NCBI GenBank assembly: GCA_963783375.1
Contig: CAWANH010000028.1
Span: 1,408,001 to 1,472,000 of the forward strand
Length of the DNA stretch: 64,000 nucleotides
Direction: 5' to 3'
From: Candidatus Eiseniibacteriota bacterium
GTDB taxonomy: Bacteria > Eisenbacteria > RBG-16-71-46 > JABDJR01
Part shown: positions 22,010 to 33,304 of the stretch, in pieces
How positions within the stretch are numbered: position 1 is the stretch's first letter
How the letters are laid out: each line of letters begins with the position of its first letter
Made by a program: the position numbers and the translations under genes
Notes under the pieces: model-generated
What the model was told of the DNA's origin: nothing
What the model saw: only the letters and a program-made list of their open reading frames with translations
The model's database searches: none

Positions 22010-24086
22010 GTGAAATCGTGGCGGACAGCCGGCGTTTGCGTGGCGACGGCCGCTCTGGCCTGGCTCACTCCCGCCAGCGCCGAAGCGAAGTCGGTTCGGA
22101 AGAGCGCTCCGGAGACGGTGGAGCTTCTCGACGTACCGTACGTCCCCCAGAGCGGAGAGCTGTGTGGCGGAGCGGCACTCGCCATGGTTCTGCGCTACTG
22201 GGGGAAATCCGGCGTCCTGGCGGAGGATTTCGCCCCGCTTGCGGAGCCGGGAGCGGGCGGTATCCGTACCGGCGCACTGGTGAGGTGGGTCGAGGCCCAT
22301 GGGTGGTCCGCGCTCCGCTTGCCGGGAGCCCCGGCGGAGGTCGAGAGTCATCTTGCCCGGGGCCGCCCGGTCATCGCTCTGATCCGGACCGGTTCGGGCT
22401 CCTACCACTACGTGGTACTCGTGGCCTGGGCCAACGGGTGGGTGATCCTCCATGACCCCAACGTGGGGCCGTTCCGAACCGTTCGGGAAGGGGAGTTCGA
22501 GACCGCCTGGTCGGGAAGCGACGACTGGGCACTCCTGGTCCTGCCGCCTCCCGCGCCTCGGGAGCCGGTCCTGCCGGATTCCGGAGGCGCCGACCTCCCT
22601 CCCCGCGTCATCCCCGATGGATGCGGCGCCTTGGTGGACGCGGGGGTCCTCTTGGCCCGGGAAGGAGACATCGCGGAAGCGGAGCTCAAGCTTCGTGGCG
22701 GCTCAGTCCCTTTGCCCCGAGTCCGCCGTCCCCGCTTCGGGAACGGGCAGGGTTGAGATTTCGTGCCGAGGACTGGGAGGGGGCGGCCGGCTCGCGGAGG
22801 AGGCGCTGGCTCTGGATCCGGGCGATGCCCACTCCTGGCGGCTTCTGGCCGGAAGCCGCTTCCTGGCCGGGGACGTGGAAGGGGCGCTCACGGCCTGGAA
22901 TCACCTGTCCGAACCCAGGATCGACCTGACCCACATCGACGGCCTGAATCGCATCCGCTACTCCGCGGTGGCCGGCCAGCTCGCCTTGCCTCCCGGGCGG
23001 CTCCTCACGCCTCAGGCCTTCCTCCAGGCGCGCCGTCGTCTGGCCGAATTGCCCTCCCAGTCCGATTTCCGGCTGAGCTTGCGGCCCTTGCCGGACGGAA
23101 GGGCTCAAGTGGATGTGTCCGTGCTGGAGCGCCCTCCGCTGTTCGGCGGTTTCTGGGACGCCGGAAACCTGGGCATCCGGGCGCTCCTGGACCGGGAGAT
23201 CACCCTCGACGTCGTGAGCCCCACCGGGAACGGGGAACTATGGAATGCCGGATGGCGGTGGCAGAGGCAACGGCCGCGCGTCGCCCTGGACCTGGCGGTG
23301 CCGGGGGCCGGAGGCCGGCCCGGAATCTGGCATGTGGCCGGATTCTGGGAACGACAGACCTATGCCTATCCGGGGTTCGCCGGCTCGGGTGGCGCGACTC
23401 GTTCCCGGTCGATCCAGGAAGAGCGCCGGCGCACCGCCCTGTCCATTTCCGATTGGATCGGCCCGAATTTCCGGCTCGAGGTCGGGAGCGCCCTGGACGA
23501 GTGGGTGGGTCGGGGATCCCATCTTTCACTGGAGGGTAGCGTCGAGACCCGATGGGCACGAGACCGCCTGGCATTGGGGGCAAGGGGAGCAAGGTGGATG
23601 AGCCTCGCGGACGGCGCCCCGTTCGGCGCCGGCGGCCTCTCGCTCACCTGGTGCTCGGATGGTCTCGAGAGGCGCGAGGGGTGGCAGGGCGGTCTGGAAG
23701 TATCCGCCGCTACCCGGGAGGCTCCACTGGCTCTCTGGTCCGGAGCCGGAACCGGGTCCGGGCGTACCCCGCTCCTCAGGGCTCACCCGCTGCTGAACGG
23801 GGGGGTTCTGGAAGGGCGGGTGTTCGGGCGGGCGCTTGCTCACGGGACGATCGAGAGGCAGGTGTGGTCGCACAGCCTCGGTCCCTTCCGTCTCGGCTGG
23901 GCGGTCTTCGTCGACGGGGCCAAGCCATGGGACCTGGGGCGCCCGGGCCGGGTCCCGTGGCAGGTGGACGGCGGAACGGGGCTCCGGGTTCACGGTCCGG
24001 GAATGAAGGGGAAACTCAGGGTCGACGCCGCCCGCGGGCTTCTCGACGGGAGCTCGGCGGTATCCGTCGGTTGGAGCATTCCCTGA
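22010..24086 (+). CDS. C39-like cysteine peptidase + TPR + POTRA-like/beta-barrel fusion (apparent frameshifts at 22690-22790)
   Basis: LDVPYVPQ...CGGAALAMVLRYWG...HYVVL...LHDP; TPR; barrel-like C-terminus ending SVGWSIP. Confidence 0.7.
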
Positions 24087-24172
24087 GCGGGGGCACCCTT
24101 CTCGATCTCGCCCAGAGCCTTCACGGGGCTGGCGACAATGCTGCTCCGCACACCTCCTGACCAGAGTCTCTC

Positions 24173-25336
24173 CTATCGCAGAAGTACAACTCTCCCCCGG
24201 GCAAGCGCCACGCCGCGGCGGGAGGCCTCGAGGAAGTAGACACCCTCCGCGAGACGCCGCCCCACACTGTCCCGTCCGTCCCAGGCAATCCCGTGGTCCA
24301 TGTCAACGCCGGCAATCGCTAGCCGACGAACGAAGTGGCCAACCGAGTCGTACACCACCAGCGCATCCAGGTTGCCATTCACGCCGGACACTCGAATCAG
24401 CGTGTGTCCGCGGAACGGATTGGGCCGGGCAGTCATCAGCATCGGCTGGGTAGGAGGTGCCAGATCCGCACCCAGCGTGGGAAGGGACAAGTCGGTCATC
24501 ACCCAGATGCCACCGGGACCCGCAAACGCGATCGCCGTTCCATCCGGGGACCAGCATGGCTCCCGGGCGAGGTCCTCGCTCGAGGCCTTGATTTGGACGG
24601 GATCTCCTCCGGACGCAGGAATGGTCCAGAGGGTGTAGCGCTCATTGAGTCCGGGCTGGTGGAATCGAATCGCATAGAGGATCCATGACCCGTCCGGGGA
24701 CCAGTCCGGATCGCGAACTGTGTAGCGATTGTCGGGATGAGAGTAGAGCCCGGTTGGGGCGGCGCTGCCGTCGGCGGGGACCGTAAACAGAGTGCCGCTG
24801 CTGGTGTTGTTCACAAAGGCGATCTTCGAGCCATCCGGTGACCAGGACGGTGCCGTCGACTGGTTGCCGATTCCCTCGATCGGGACACGCGCGGCATAGC
24901 CACCGGGGGTGGCGGGGCAGACGAATACGCGGGAGTTGACCGTGAATGCGAGCTGATCGCCGAGCGGCGACCAACTCAAGTAGTTCGTGTTGCCCCCGAG
25001 GCCGGTTCGCAGCGTGTCCCCGGCCTCTACTCCCGGGCAGATCACTGTCCCGCCCGGGGACTCGAAGGCAACGCTGCTGCCGCCGGGGGACCAGGTGGGG
25101 AACCACGCGATCGAGCCAGCGAGATCATAGGTGACCTCCACCGGCGCTCCGCCGGAGCTGGGGACGATCATGATGTGATAGCCACGCGTATAGACGATTC
25201 GATTGGATCCGTCCCGTGACCACTGAGGGTCATAGCCGCTGTCGAAGGTGATCTGGGTAAACGTGGCGGCGGTGGCGGGGCCGCTGACGAAACCGAGTGC
25301 GGCAAAGAGGAGAAAGAAGAAGGGCAAAGCACGCAT
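24173..25336 (-). CDS. TolB-like PD40 beta-propeller protein with FlgD-Ig C-terminal domain
   Basis: Repeated PxWSPDG; C-terminal PNPF...WDGRD...GVYFL. Confidence 0.85.
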   Translation of the reverse strand: MRALPFFFLLFAALGFVSGPATAATFTQITFDSGYDPQWSRDGSNRIVYTRGYHIMIVPSSGGAPVEVTYDLAGSIAWFPTWSPGGSSVAFESPGGTVICPGVEAGDTLRTGLGGNTNYLSWSPLGDQLAFTVNSRVFVCPATPGGYAARVPIEGIGNQSTAPSWSPDGSKIAFVNNTSSGTLFTVPADGSAAPTGLYSHPDNRYTVRDPDWSPDGSWILYAIRFHQPGLNERYTLWTIPASGGDPVQIKASSEDLAREPCWSPDGTAIAFAGPGGIWVMTDLSLPTLGADLAPPTQPMLMTARPNPFRGHTLIRVSGVNGNLDALVVYDSVGHFVRRLAIAGVDMDHGIAWDGRDSVGRRLAEGVYFLEASRRGVALARGRVVLLR

Positions 25337-26059
25337 CCAGACCTCCTCGAATCAACGCGATCTTGGGATCGCAACCCCGAGAGTGCGGAACCGCCAAGAA
25401 TTTATCATATCAAAGATGCGCAGGGGCACGATTGGAGACGTTCGAGCCTCGCGGGTCCGGATACCGAGATCTCTTCGGGCGGTCAAGACCGGGGCGATTG
25501 AGCCCAATTCCCTCCGGGGATGGCGCACCGGCGGGTTCCCGTCCAGAAGGGCCTCACTCCCGGCAATTCCGCGACTCCGGAGCTGCCAAGTTACTGGCCA
25601 GCCCCGAGTTCAGGCCCTATGGGAGCATCTTGAGGAGAGAGAGTATTTCCCAGACAGTTGGAATCCTGGCACCCGATCCTCAATCTCCAGACCTCCCGCC
25701 ATCAGCCGACCGAGCCAGGGGTACCCTCCAATCAGCTTCGGCTAGCGAGCCCGCTTTCCCCGTCAAGAAACTGTCGAGCTTCAAACTGCTCCCTGGGCCA
25801 GCCTCGGCCCCGGTGAACGCCATGATGACGTGGAGGGTCGAAGACCGGATGCACGATCAGAATGCGAATCCCGTTGCGAAGCAGCCTTCCTCTGACTCGT
25901 CTTACACCAACTCCATGCGACGAGGTCGGCCGTCTCGGTGAGGCCATCGTGCGATTGTGCCGATGCCTGCGGAGACCGCGGGAGCGACGAACCTCGACCC
26001 CCTGAAGATCGACTCTCGCCCCTGTACGAGATGCAAGCGCCGGATCGGTTGCGACGATG

Positions 26060-26454
26060 ACCACCGTCCGGAGTGGGCCAATCAGAGGCTCTCGGAACTC
26101 CAGCACGAGAAGGCGGCACTGGAGCCCCAGGAGCCGGCCTTGAAGAAGCCGCCGAAACTAACGGCCGGAGACGTGACCGAGTACACCCGGAACCTGTCCG
26201 GGCTGCTGGGCCACGCTAACCAACGGGAAAGAAAGGAGTTGGTGGGTATGATCGTGGAGAAAATCAAACTGGCCCCGGAGCGTCGGGAGGTAGAACTCGT
26301 CTACCGCGCTCCGGAGCCAGTCATGAATAGGTTGGTAGCGGGGGTGCGTTACGGGGCCCGACAGAGGAATCTCGGAGGCGAATTCGAGGTCATCGAGCTG
26401 GCGTTCGAGCCCCGGGGGAACACGTTGGTCCTGGTGGGGGCGGCCGGCGGGTAG
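26060..26454 (+). pseudogene. C-terminal remnant of a large serine recombinase
   Basis: Coiled coil, ERKELVGMIVEKIKL...VELVY, then LVAGV encoded by a copy of the tRNA 3' end; no catalytic domain upstream. Confidence 0.6.
26332..26345 (+). repeat. 14-bp direct repeat of the tRNA-fMet 3' end (putative att core)
   Basis: TTGGTAGCGGGGGT here and at 40507-40520. Confidence 0.75.
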
Positions 26455-26478
26455 GAGAGCGGGTTCGCCGGGACGTCC

Positions 26479-26507
26479 TTGACGTCTCGCGATGGCCCGG
26501 ATAGAAT
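26479..26507 (+). promoter_or_regulatory. Sigma-70 promoter of the abiE operon
   Basis: TTGACG-N17-TAGAAT. Confidence 0.7.
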
Positions 26508-26544
26508 CACCAGCAGATTCGCATAACCGCTGGTATTTCTATTC

Positions 26545-27171
26545 ATGAAGACAGAACATAACTCAAATCAGGACAGCACGTTTGCCAGGGCGGTGGCCGT
26601 CTTCCGCGACCACGGAGGGGTGCTCAGGACAATGGAGGCGGTCCGGCTCGGCGTCCACCCGCGAACGCTCTATGCCATGCGGGATGCCGGGGTGCTGGAG
26701 CAACTCGGGCGGGGGCTCTACCGGCTGGCGAACCTGCCGCCACTCGGGAACCCCGACCTGGTGGCGGTAGGCCTCCGCGTTCCGGAGGGGGTCCTCTGCC
26801 TGATCTCGGCGCTGGCGGTTCACGAGATCACGACCCAGATCCCTCATGAGGTCCATCTGGCTCTCAAGCGTGGCGCCGAACCACCACGGCTGGATCACCC
26901 CCCGGTTCGGGTGTTCTGGTTCTCGGGAAAGGCTTTCACGGAAGGGATCGAAACCCACGAGCTGGACGGGATCGAAATCCGCGTCTACGGGGCGGCGAAG
27001 ACCGTGGCGGACTGCTTCAAGTACAGAAACAAGCTCGGACTGGATGTGGCCCTCGAGGCGCTGGGACTCTACCTGCGAGAGAAGCACGGACCCCCCGACG
27101 ATCTCGTGCACTTCGCTCGCGTATGTCGTGTCGAAAAGGTGATGCGCCCCTACATCGAGGCCCTCCTGTGA
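26545..27171 (+). CDS. abiEi: Type IV TA antitoxin, AbiEi family
   Basis: N-terminal wHTH (RGLYRL), CLISALAVHEITTQIP, KTVADCFKYRNKLG. Confidence 0.88.
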   Translation: MKTEHNSNQDSTFARAVAVFRDHGGVLRTMEAVRLGVHPRTLYAMRDAGVLEQLGRGLYRLANLPPLGNPDLVAVGLRVPEGVLCLISALAVHEITTQIPHEVHLALKRGAEPPRLDHPPVRVFWFSGKAFTEGIETHELDGIEIRVYGAAKTVADCFKYRNKLGLDVALEALGLYLREKHGPPDDLVHFARVCRVEKVMRPYIEALL

Positions 27172-28088
27172 AGCGCCGGCAGGTGGGAAACGTGGCGGTC
27201 TCCGTTCATCAGCGCCTGCTCAACGAGGCGCGTGCGTCCGGCCGGCCATTCAATGAGCTACTCCAGTACTTCGCCATGGAGCGATTCCTATTCCGGCTGT
27301 CCGCGTCGCCATACGCCGAGAGGTTTGTTCTGAAGGGGGCGCTCATGCTCGCGACGTGGGAGATCTCCCTCACGCGTCCCACCAAGGACATCGACCTACT
27401 GGGCAACGTGACCAACGACGTCGATCACATCGTGGCGATCGTGAAGGAAGTGTGCCGTCAAGAGGTCACGCCGGACGGCCTGGACTTCGACCCGGAGAGG
27501 GTGCGTGGGGAGCAAATCGCCGAGGAAGCCGAGTACAACGGGGTGCGTGTCCGCTTTCAGGGGCGCCTCGGTACGGCGCGGATTTCCATGCAGATCGACA
27601 TAGGCTTTGGTGACGCCGTGGTACCAGGCCCGGTGGCGGTCGAGTATCCCACGATGCTGGACCTTCCAGCTCCACGGATTCGCGCCTACACACAAGAGAG
27701 CGTGATCGCTGAGAAGTTCCACACCATGGTTCGCCGGGGACTCCTCAACAGCCGAATGAGGGATTTCTTCGATGTCTGGGCCCTATCGCGGCAGTTCGAC
27801 TTCGATGGGCCGGTTCTGGCGGCAGCAATCCGCGAGACGTTCTCGCGGCGAGGGCAAGGCTTTGCTCCACACCCCGTGGCGCTGACAAAGGAGTTCGCGG
27901 AGGATAGGTCGAAGGTGGCGCAGTGGCGGGGTCTTCTACGGAAGAGCCGCCTGCAGGGCGCGCCGGGCGAGCTGGCGGATGTGGTTGACGCCATTGCCGT
28001 CTTCCTCGGCCCGGTTGCAGAGGCCCTCTATGAGGATCGGGAGTTCCGAGGCCGTTGGGATGCGCCCGGTCCCTGGACGTTGGCGTGA
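27168..28088 (+). CDS. abiEii: Type IV TA nucleotidyltransferase toxin, AbiEii family
   Basis: FVLKGA, RPTKDIDL, AEKFH, SRMRDFFD; GTGA overlap with the antitoxin. Confidence 0.9.
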   Translation: MKRRQVGNVAVSVHQRLLNEARASGRPFNELLQYFAMERFLFRLSASPYAERFVLKGALMLATWEISLTRPTKDIDLLGNVTNDVDHIVAIVKEVCRQEVTPDGLDFDPERVRGEQIAEEAEYNGVRVRFQGRLGTARISMQIDIGFGDAVVPGPVAVEYPTMLDLPAPRIRAYTQESVIAEKFHTMVRRGLLNSRMRDFFDVWALSRQFDFDGPVLAAAIRETFSRRGQGFAPHPVALTKEFAEDRSKVAQWRGLLRKSRLQGAPGELADVVDAIAVFLGPVAEALYEDREFRGRWDAPGPWTLA

Positions 28089-28251
28089 AGTCCGGTTCTC
28101 CCGCGGGAAGCGGGCGCCCATCTTCCCGGACGGGGGGACGACGCCGATGGGGTCATCCGGGGCGCAGAGCCAGCCCAGAAGGCAGCGGTTCCTTTCGGGC
28201 CCAGTTTCTCGCGGGTGCCGGCGACCTCGGCTTTCGTGGCGTGGGAGAGCC

Positions 28252-28833
28252 GTGAAACAAGTTCCCATCCGTACCACCGGTGCCGGGAAACGCCCTGCCG
28301 AACTGGTCTCCCTGCGTGAATACGCCCGCCGGCGGAGCATCTCCCACGTCGCGGTGATCCGTGCCATCCGCTCGGGCCGGATCTCGACCGTTGGCGGGAA
28401 GATCGACCCGAAAGTGGCCGACCGGGAATGGCGGGAGAACACCGACCCGTCGAAACCCCGAAGCCGGATCACCGGCAGGCCGAATCACCGGCGACGACCC
28501 GGGGAACCGTCCACCCCGATGAACCTCGACGGCTACGGGGCCAGCGACACCACAGCGGCCGGTTACGCGAGGGCCCGCGCGGCGCGCGAGCTTTACCGGG
28601 CCCAGCTCCCGAAACTCGAGCTCGATTGCCGACGCGGAATCCTCGTCCGGGCCGACGAGGTCCGGCTCGGCGCCTTCAACGTGGCCCGGAAGGCCCGGGA
28701 CCAGCTGATCGCTCTCCCGGGCCGTATGTCGGCCCGTATCGCGGCGGCCGGGGACCCGGTCGAGATTCGGCGGATCCTCAAGGAGGAAATCGAGCGGATC
28801 TGCCGGGAGATCGTGGACACAGGACCGCCGTGA
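28252..28833 (+). CDS. Phage terminase small subunit-like (Nu1 type) orphan
   Basis: SLREYARRR.ISHVAV..AI..GRI HTH; YARARAARE.Y.A; RKARDQLIALPGR. Confidence 0.7.
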   Translation: MKQVPIRTTGAGKRPAELVSLREYARRRSISHVAVIRAIRSGRISTVGGKIDPKVADREWRENTDPSKPRSRITGRPNHRRRPGEPSTPMNLDGYGASDTTAAGYARARAARELYRAQLPKLELDCRRGILVRADEVRLGAFNVARKARDQLIALPGRMSARIAAAGDPVEIRRILKEEIERICREIVDTGPP

Positions 28834-28955
28834 GGTCGGCGAGGCGGCCCGCTGCCCCGACGGGGGAAATGGACCCAGGGGAGGGAGTACCCTCCGAGGC
28901 AGGGGCCGGCTCGGGTCACTATTGGGCGGACTTCCCCATCGAGCTGGTGTTCGTG

Positions 28956-29543
28956 CTACTGCGACGCTCTTGCCGACCGGAAGTAGAAGTCCAGCATGGC
29001 GCTCAGCGGGGCGGCATCCCGCTTCAGCCGGCTTCGAAGCGCCGCACCCTCCCAGCAGTCGACCAGTAGGCCCGCCATCTGCCGGGGATCGGAGCCGGCC
29101 GGGATGTCCCCGTTCCGGCGGGCCTCCTCCAGGCAGGCGGCCAGCCGCTCGGCGATCCCGGAGAAGCACTCCTCGATCCTGGCCCGGAATGCGTCGCTGA
29201 CCCCCGAGAGTTCCTGGCCGAGACCGCCGAGCAGGCAGCCCATGTAGCCCTCCTTCCGGTAGTGCTCCCGGGTCATCTCGAAGAAGTGACGCACCCGCTC
29301 AAGCGGGGGGCGGCGCGTGTCACCCAGGCAGGCATCCAGGCCGGCGTGCACCTCGCGCATGTACCGGTCGACGACCTGGAGCGCGAAGTCCTCCTTGTCC
29401 CTGAAGTGGTGGTAGAAGGAGCCCTTCGGGATCCCCGTGGCCTCCAGCAGGACCTGGACACCCAGCCCGTTGTACCCGTGCTCCAGGAGCATGGCCAACC
29501 CGGCGGTGAGCAGGCGATCCTTGGTCGGGTGCGTCGACTCCAT
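28956..29543 (-). CDS. TetR family regulator (NemR-like)
   Basis: GIPKGSFYHHF, GCLLGGLGQEL, WEGAALR. Confidence 0.9.
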   Translation of the reverse strand: MESTHPTKDRLLTAGLAMLLEHGYNGLGVQVLLEATGIPKGSFYHHFRDKEDFALQVVDRYMREVHAGLDACLGDTRRPPLERVRHFFEMTREHYRKEGYMGCLLGGLGQELSGVSDAFRARIEECFSGIAERLAACLEEARRNGDIPAGSDPRQMAGLLVDCWEGAALRSRLKRDAAPLSAMLDFYFRSARASQ

Positions 29544-29557
29544 TCTCGTGCGCGTTC

Positions 29558-29944
29558 CTACTTCTTGACCTTCTCGATCATGTGGTTGATGACGTGGGTG
29601 TGTTCGGACTGGGGGCTGAACATCACGATCTCGGCATCGGCCTCGACGCGGACGTTGTGCCCGGGAGGCCAGTAGAAGAGGTCGTTCGCGTTGACCGACT
29701 CCTCCGCGCCGCTCGCGTCGATCGTGGTGATCCGGCCCCGGAGGACGTAGCCCCAGTGGGGGCACTGGCAGAGGTTCCCCTCCAGCCCTTCGAAGAGGGG
29801 GGTGGTATCGACACCCGCCGACAGGGTGAAGTACTCACCGCTGATCGCGCCGAACCCGCTCGCGTCTCCGAACCCCTTCTGCTGGCGGACCACGGCGCCG
29901 GGGATCTCCATCTGGACCTCGACATTGTCTTTCGCTATTCGCAT
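29558..29944 (-). CDS. Cupin domain protein
   Basis: CQCPHWGYVLRG, FYWPPGH, FSPQSEH. Confidence 0.85.
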   Translation of the reverse strand: MRIAKDNVEVQMEIPGAVVRQQKGFGDASGFGAISGEYFTLSAGVDTTPLFEGLEGNLCQCPHWGYVLRGRITTIDASGAEESVNANDLFYWPPGHNVRVEADAEIVMFSPQSEHTHVINHMIEKVKK

Positions 29945-29978
29945 GCCGGACTCTCCTTCAACTGGTTGTGGGGGCCTG

Positions 29979-29998
29979 ACTAGACCGATCAGTCTAGT
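29979..29998. promoter_or_regulatory. NemR-type TetR operator palindrome
   Basis: ACTAGACCGATCAGTCTAGT, one mismatch to TAGACC-N4-GGTCTA. Confidence 0.75.
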
Positions 29999-30207
29999 GG
30001 GGAAGGGTACACCACGCTCTGGCCGTGTCAAGGAAGATGCGGGGTGACCCGGCGGACCCGGGCGGGGATGCACGCAGCTCCGATGGCCGCCGGTGCGATC
30101 CAGTATCCTCCACCGGTAAAGAGGGTTACGAGGTCGGGATGGCCGGATGACCGGGTGGCAATTGGCGAGCGCCGGCTCTCTCCGGGTGGAATACAAAGGT
30201 GCACGGG

Positions 30208-31738
30208 TGTACGTCGTCAACCCAAATGAGACAGCTCCGGTTCTGGGTTAAGAGAGACTTCGGTTCGGTAGAGCGCCGGCAGGATCCGTTCCTCCGGCGT
30301 GACCGACAGGCCCTGGTTCAGGCGGCACCGACGGCGTAGGGTCTGCCGCTTGAACTTCTCCCGGGCGGTCTCGATGTCCCGTCCCCGCCCGTAGTAGACA
30401 TCCGCCGGCGTCAGGTTGTTCAGCGACTCGTGCACGCGCTCGTGGTTGTAGTACCTCACGAACCGCTCCAGCTCCGCCTCCAACTCCCACGGCAGGTAGT
30501 AGTTCTGGAGCTTCACCACGTTCTTCATCGTCCGGTGGTACCGCTCGATCTTCCCCTGGGTCATCGGGTGATAGGGCTTTCCCCGGGTGTGGGTCATGCC
30601 ATGGCTCTGGAGGTACTCGGCCAGCTCCTTCGAGATGAAGCACGGACCGTAGTCGCTCAGGAGCCGGGGTCGGTGCCGGACCTCCACCCGGCGGACTCCG
30701 GTCCGCTCCAGGGCCACGTCCAGGACCTCGGTCACATCCTCGCTCGACATCCCGGTGAAGAGCTTCCAGGCCAGGATGTAGCGGCTGTAGTCGTCCAGCA
30801 CCGTGAGCACGTAGTACCAGCCCCAGCCTACCACCTTGAAGTACGTGAAGTCGGTCTGCCAGAGCTCGTGGACCCGCCGGGTCGGCTGGTCGAACTGGTC
30901 CTTGGCCGAGATCAGCACGTAGGCCGGGCTCGTCACCAGGTCGTAGCTCTTCAGGATCCGGTAGACGCTGGACTCCGAAATGAAGAACCCGCCCCGGTCG
31001 GTGATCCGCCAGGCCAGCTCCCGCGGGGACAGATCCGGCTCCGCCAGCGCCTCTTCCACAACCTTCTCCCGCTCCACCTCTGGGATCCGGTTCCAGAACG
31101 GCCGGGGCCCGGCGGCTTCGGCTCCAGCCCCGCCGGGCCGCCGTCCACGTACGCCCCGTCCGGCGGATCGGCGAAAAGGGGACATTTCAGTTCGGCGAAA
31201 TCGGGACAGCCGGGACCGGCGTTGACACCTCCACCAGGCGGATCGTCTACATCCGCTCCGCCGCCGTCGCCCTCACCGCGCCCCCAGGTCCTCGGGGTCC
31301 TCCCCCAACCCGGCTAAGTTTCTTTTTAACAGCTGGTTCCGCAGCGATAGGTCCGCCACCAGGTGCTTCAGCCGCCCGTTCTCCCGGCGCAACTCCGTCA
31401 CGTCCCCGCTCGAGGCTTCCCGCTTGGTGTCGCCCATCAGCCGGCGCTTGCGCGCCTCCAGGAACTCCTTGCTCCAGTTGTAGTAGAGGTTCGGGCTGAT
31501 CCCTTCCCGGCGGCAGAGCTCCGCGATGCTCTCCTCGCCCTTCAACCCCTCCAGCACGATCCGGATCTTGTCCTCGGCGGATTACCGGCGGCGGGTCTTC
31601 CGGCGGATCTGACGAACTCGAGCCTCTGGATCGGTTTGCTTCTCGGCCATGAAACACTCCTTTCGTGGCACCAATGTACCGCAGAAGTGTCTCTTAACTC
31701 AGGCCCTGACTCTGTCCCACTTAGTCTGACGCCGAACA
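30208..31738 (-). mobile_element. IS3 family insertion sequence, degraded
   Basis: Imperfect terminal IRs TGT(A/T)CG.CGTCA...GTTAAGAGA.ACTTC; OrfA (SIAELCRREGI, early TAA) and OrfB DDE (WQTDFTY, LDDYSR, GKIERYH); junction garbled. Confidence 0.88.
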
Positions 31739-31872
31739 AGGGAAGAAAGCTCCTGCCTGACACTGTGCCGCCCCCCCGCCTATCCGCTACAATCCGGTGT
31801 CCGCGCCATCCGTAGACGCGAGCTTCCGTACGTCCGAAGACTCATCGTTTCCTTCTTGGAGACCAGCAGGCC

Positions 31873-32856
31873 GTGAATGTGTATACGGTCCTCTCAGCTC
31901 TGCCAGCTGTCCTGGCCTTGGCTGGATTCCTTGCATACCAATTGCTACGGTACACCCATGCTGGTGATAATATCACCAGGGACATTGTTGCGAAATTGCG
32001 ACGAGAGCAACCCGAGATCGCAGACCGCTACGCACGCCTTTCACCCTCTCAGCTTCACAATCAACTCAAAGCAGATAGAGCATTACAACAAAAGATTAGC
32101 CAAATTGACTTCGAGCTTCTTAGGCAAGCACTGAGGCAACGGTTTCTTGAGTCTCTCTCAGTGTACGGCGCAACGCTCATTCTCTTCACTGTCGGCATTG
32201 TCGCGTTTGTCCGCACGATCTCGGCACGCCCTCTTCGTCTATCCGATTTCCACATCGAGAGCATAGATGACCACGCGAAGGGTCTTGCTGTCGACACCGA
32301 CACCTTGAGGGTTACCTGGAGGTCAGAAGGAACGTCCGCAGATGTGAGTTGCTATTTGCAAAATCTTCAGACTGGACGACGGTCGGACATTGAGCGCACT
32401 TCAGCAACCGAGCAAAATCTACTCTTTTCACCGACCTCCTACGTTGCTGTCCTTGATGCTCGGACCCGCGGATCATTCAATCGTATCCGGGCGGTTTTCA
32501 CAGCCAGCAACAGTACATTTCAGTCTGAGGAATTCAAGCTGTACGTTGGGTTAACAATTCTCGCTTTCTATGATTCCACAGACAATTAGCTATGTGCCGC
32601 AGCACTGATTGATAACGCTTCGATTCCGTGGTACCACTTTCGTGCCAAACTGATAGTACAAAGGATTGGACCTACCTTGGATTGGATTGGCTTTGGGGAC
32701 TCGATGGCAAGCCCCAAGACCTGCTATCACGTGGCGTCGCCTGACTCCTTGGAGTGGTCAACCCTCGCTGTTGCATACTTTGGACCGGATGATGATCGCC
32801 TGGTTCGTTCTGAGATTTTGGTCGGTGACACAACCCCCGGTGTATCACCTGATTGA
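31873..32856 (+). pseudogene. Low-GC membrane-anchored hypothetical protein with an in-frame TAG at 32587-32589
   Basis: Two TM segments; the frame stays open 88 more codons after the TAG, to TGA at 32854. Confidence 0.55.
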
Positions 32857-32904
32857 ACTTTCATCCCGGATCGTCGCTACATAGACCTTCTCGGCATCCC
32901 GGGC

Positions 32905-33005
32905 CACCCGGCTCTCCATGTCACCGCAAAGACGTAGGCCTGCTCATAGACCTTCTGCGGGTTCCCGGCGAAGTTGGTAACGACGAACCGGGGGTTGTCC
33001 TTGGG
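32905..33005 (-). mobile_element. IS1380-family transposase fragment
   Basis: NPRFVVTNF...VYEQ.Y, then shifted CGDMESR resembling Y..RGxMENRIKE. Confidence 0.55.
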
Positions 33006-33304
33006 CCTTTTGCCGGGGGGCCAGTAGCCGCTCCGCCTTGTAGTCCACCGGGCGGCAGCGAGGCCAGGCTTGGGGTTAGTTGCTAGGTCTGGCCGTGATA
33101 GCGTTGCGGCAGGTCCTTGCCTGAGGTTGAGGGCTTGTAATTGCCGATGACACAATGAAGTCGAGGATTTGTGTAATCCTCTTGGTAGATGACGAGCGAG
33201 CCCGGGCGGGCAGGGGGGGGGTGCCACCCAGCCCCTTGGCAAAGGCACCCGTCCTGAGCGACACTCCCCACGCAGACATTGAGCCTCTGTCAGCGGAGGT
33301 AAGC

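Noticed and set aside
25350-26050. Possible intron or ncRNA in the low-coding stretch
   Set aside because: No recognisable consensus; probably decayed island sequence
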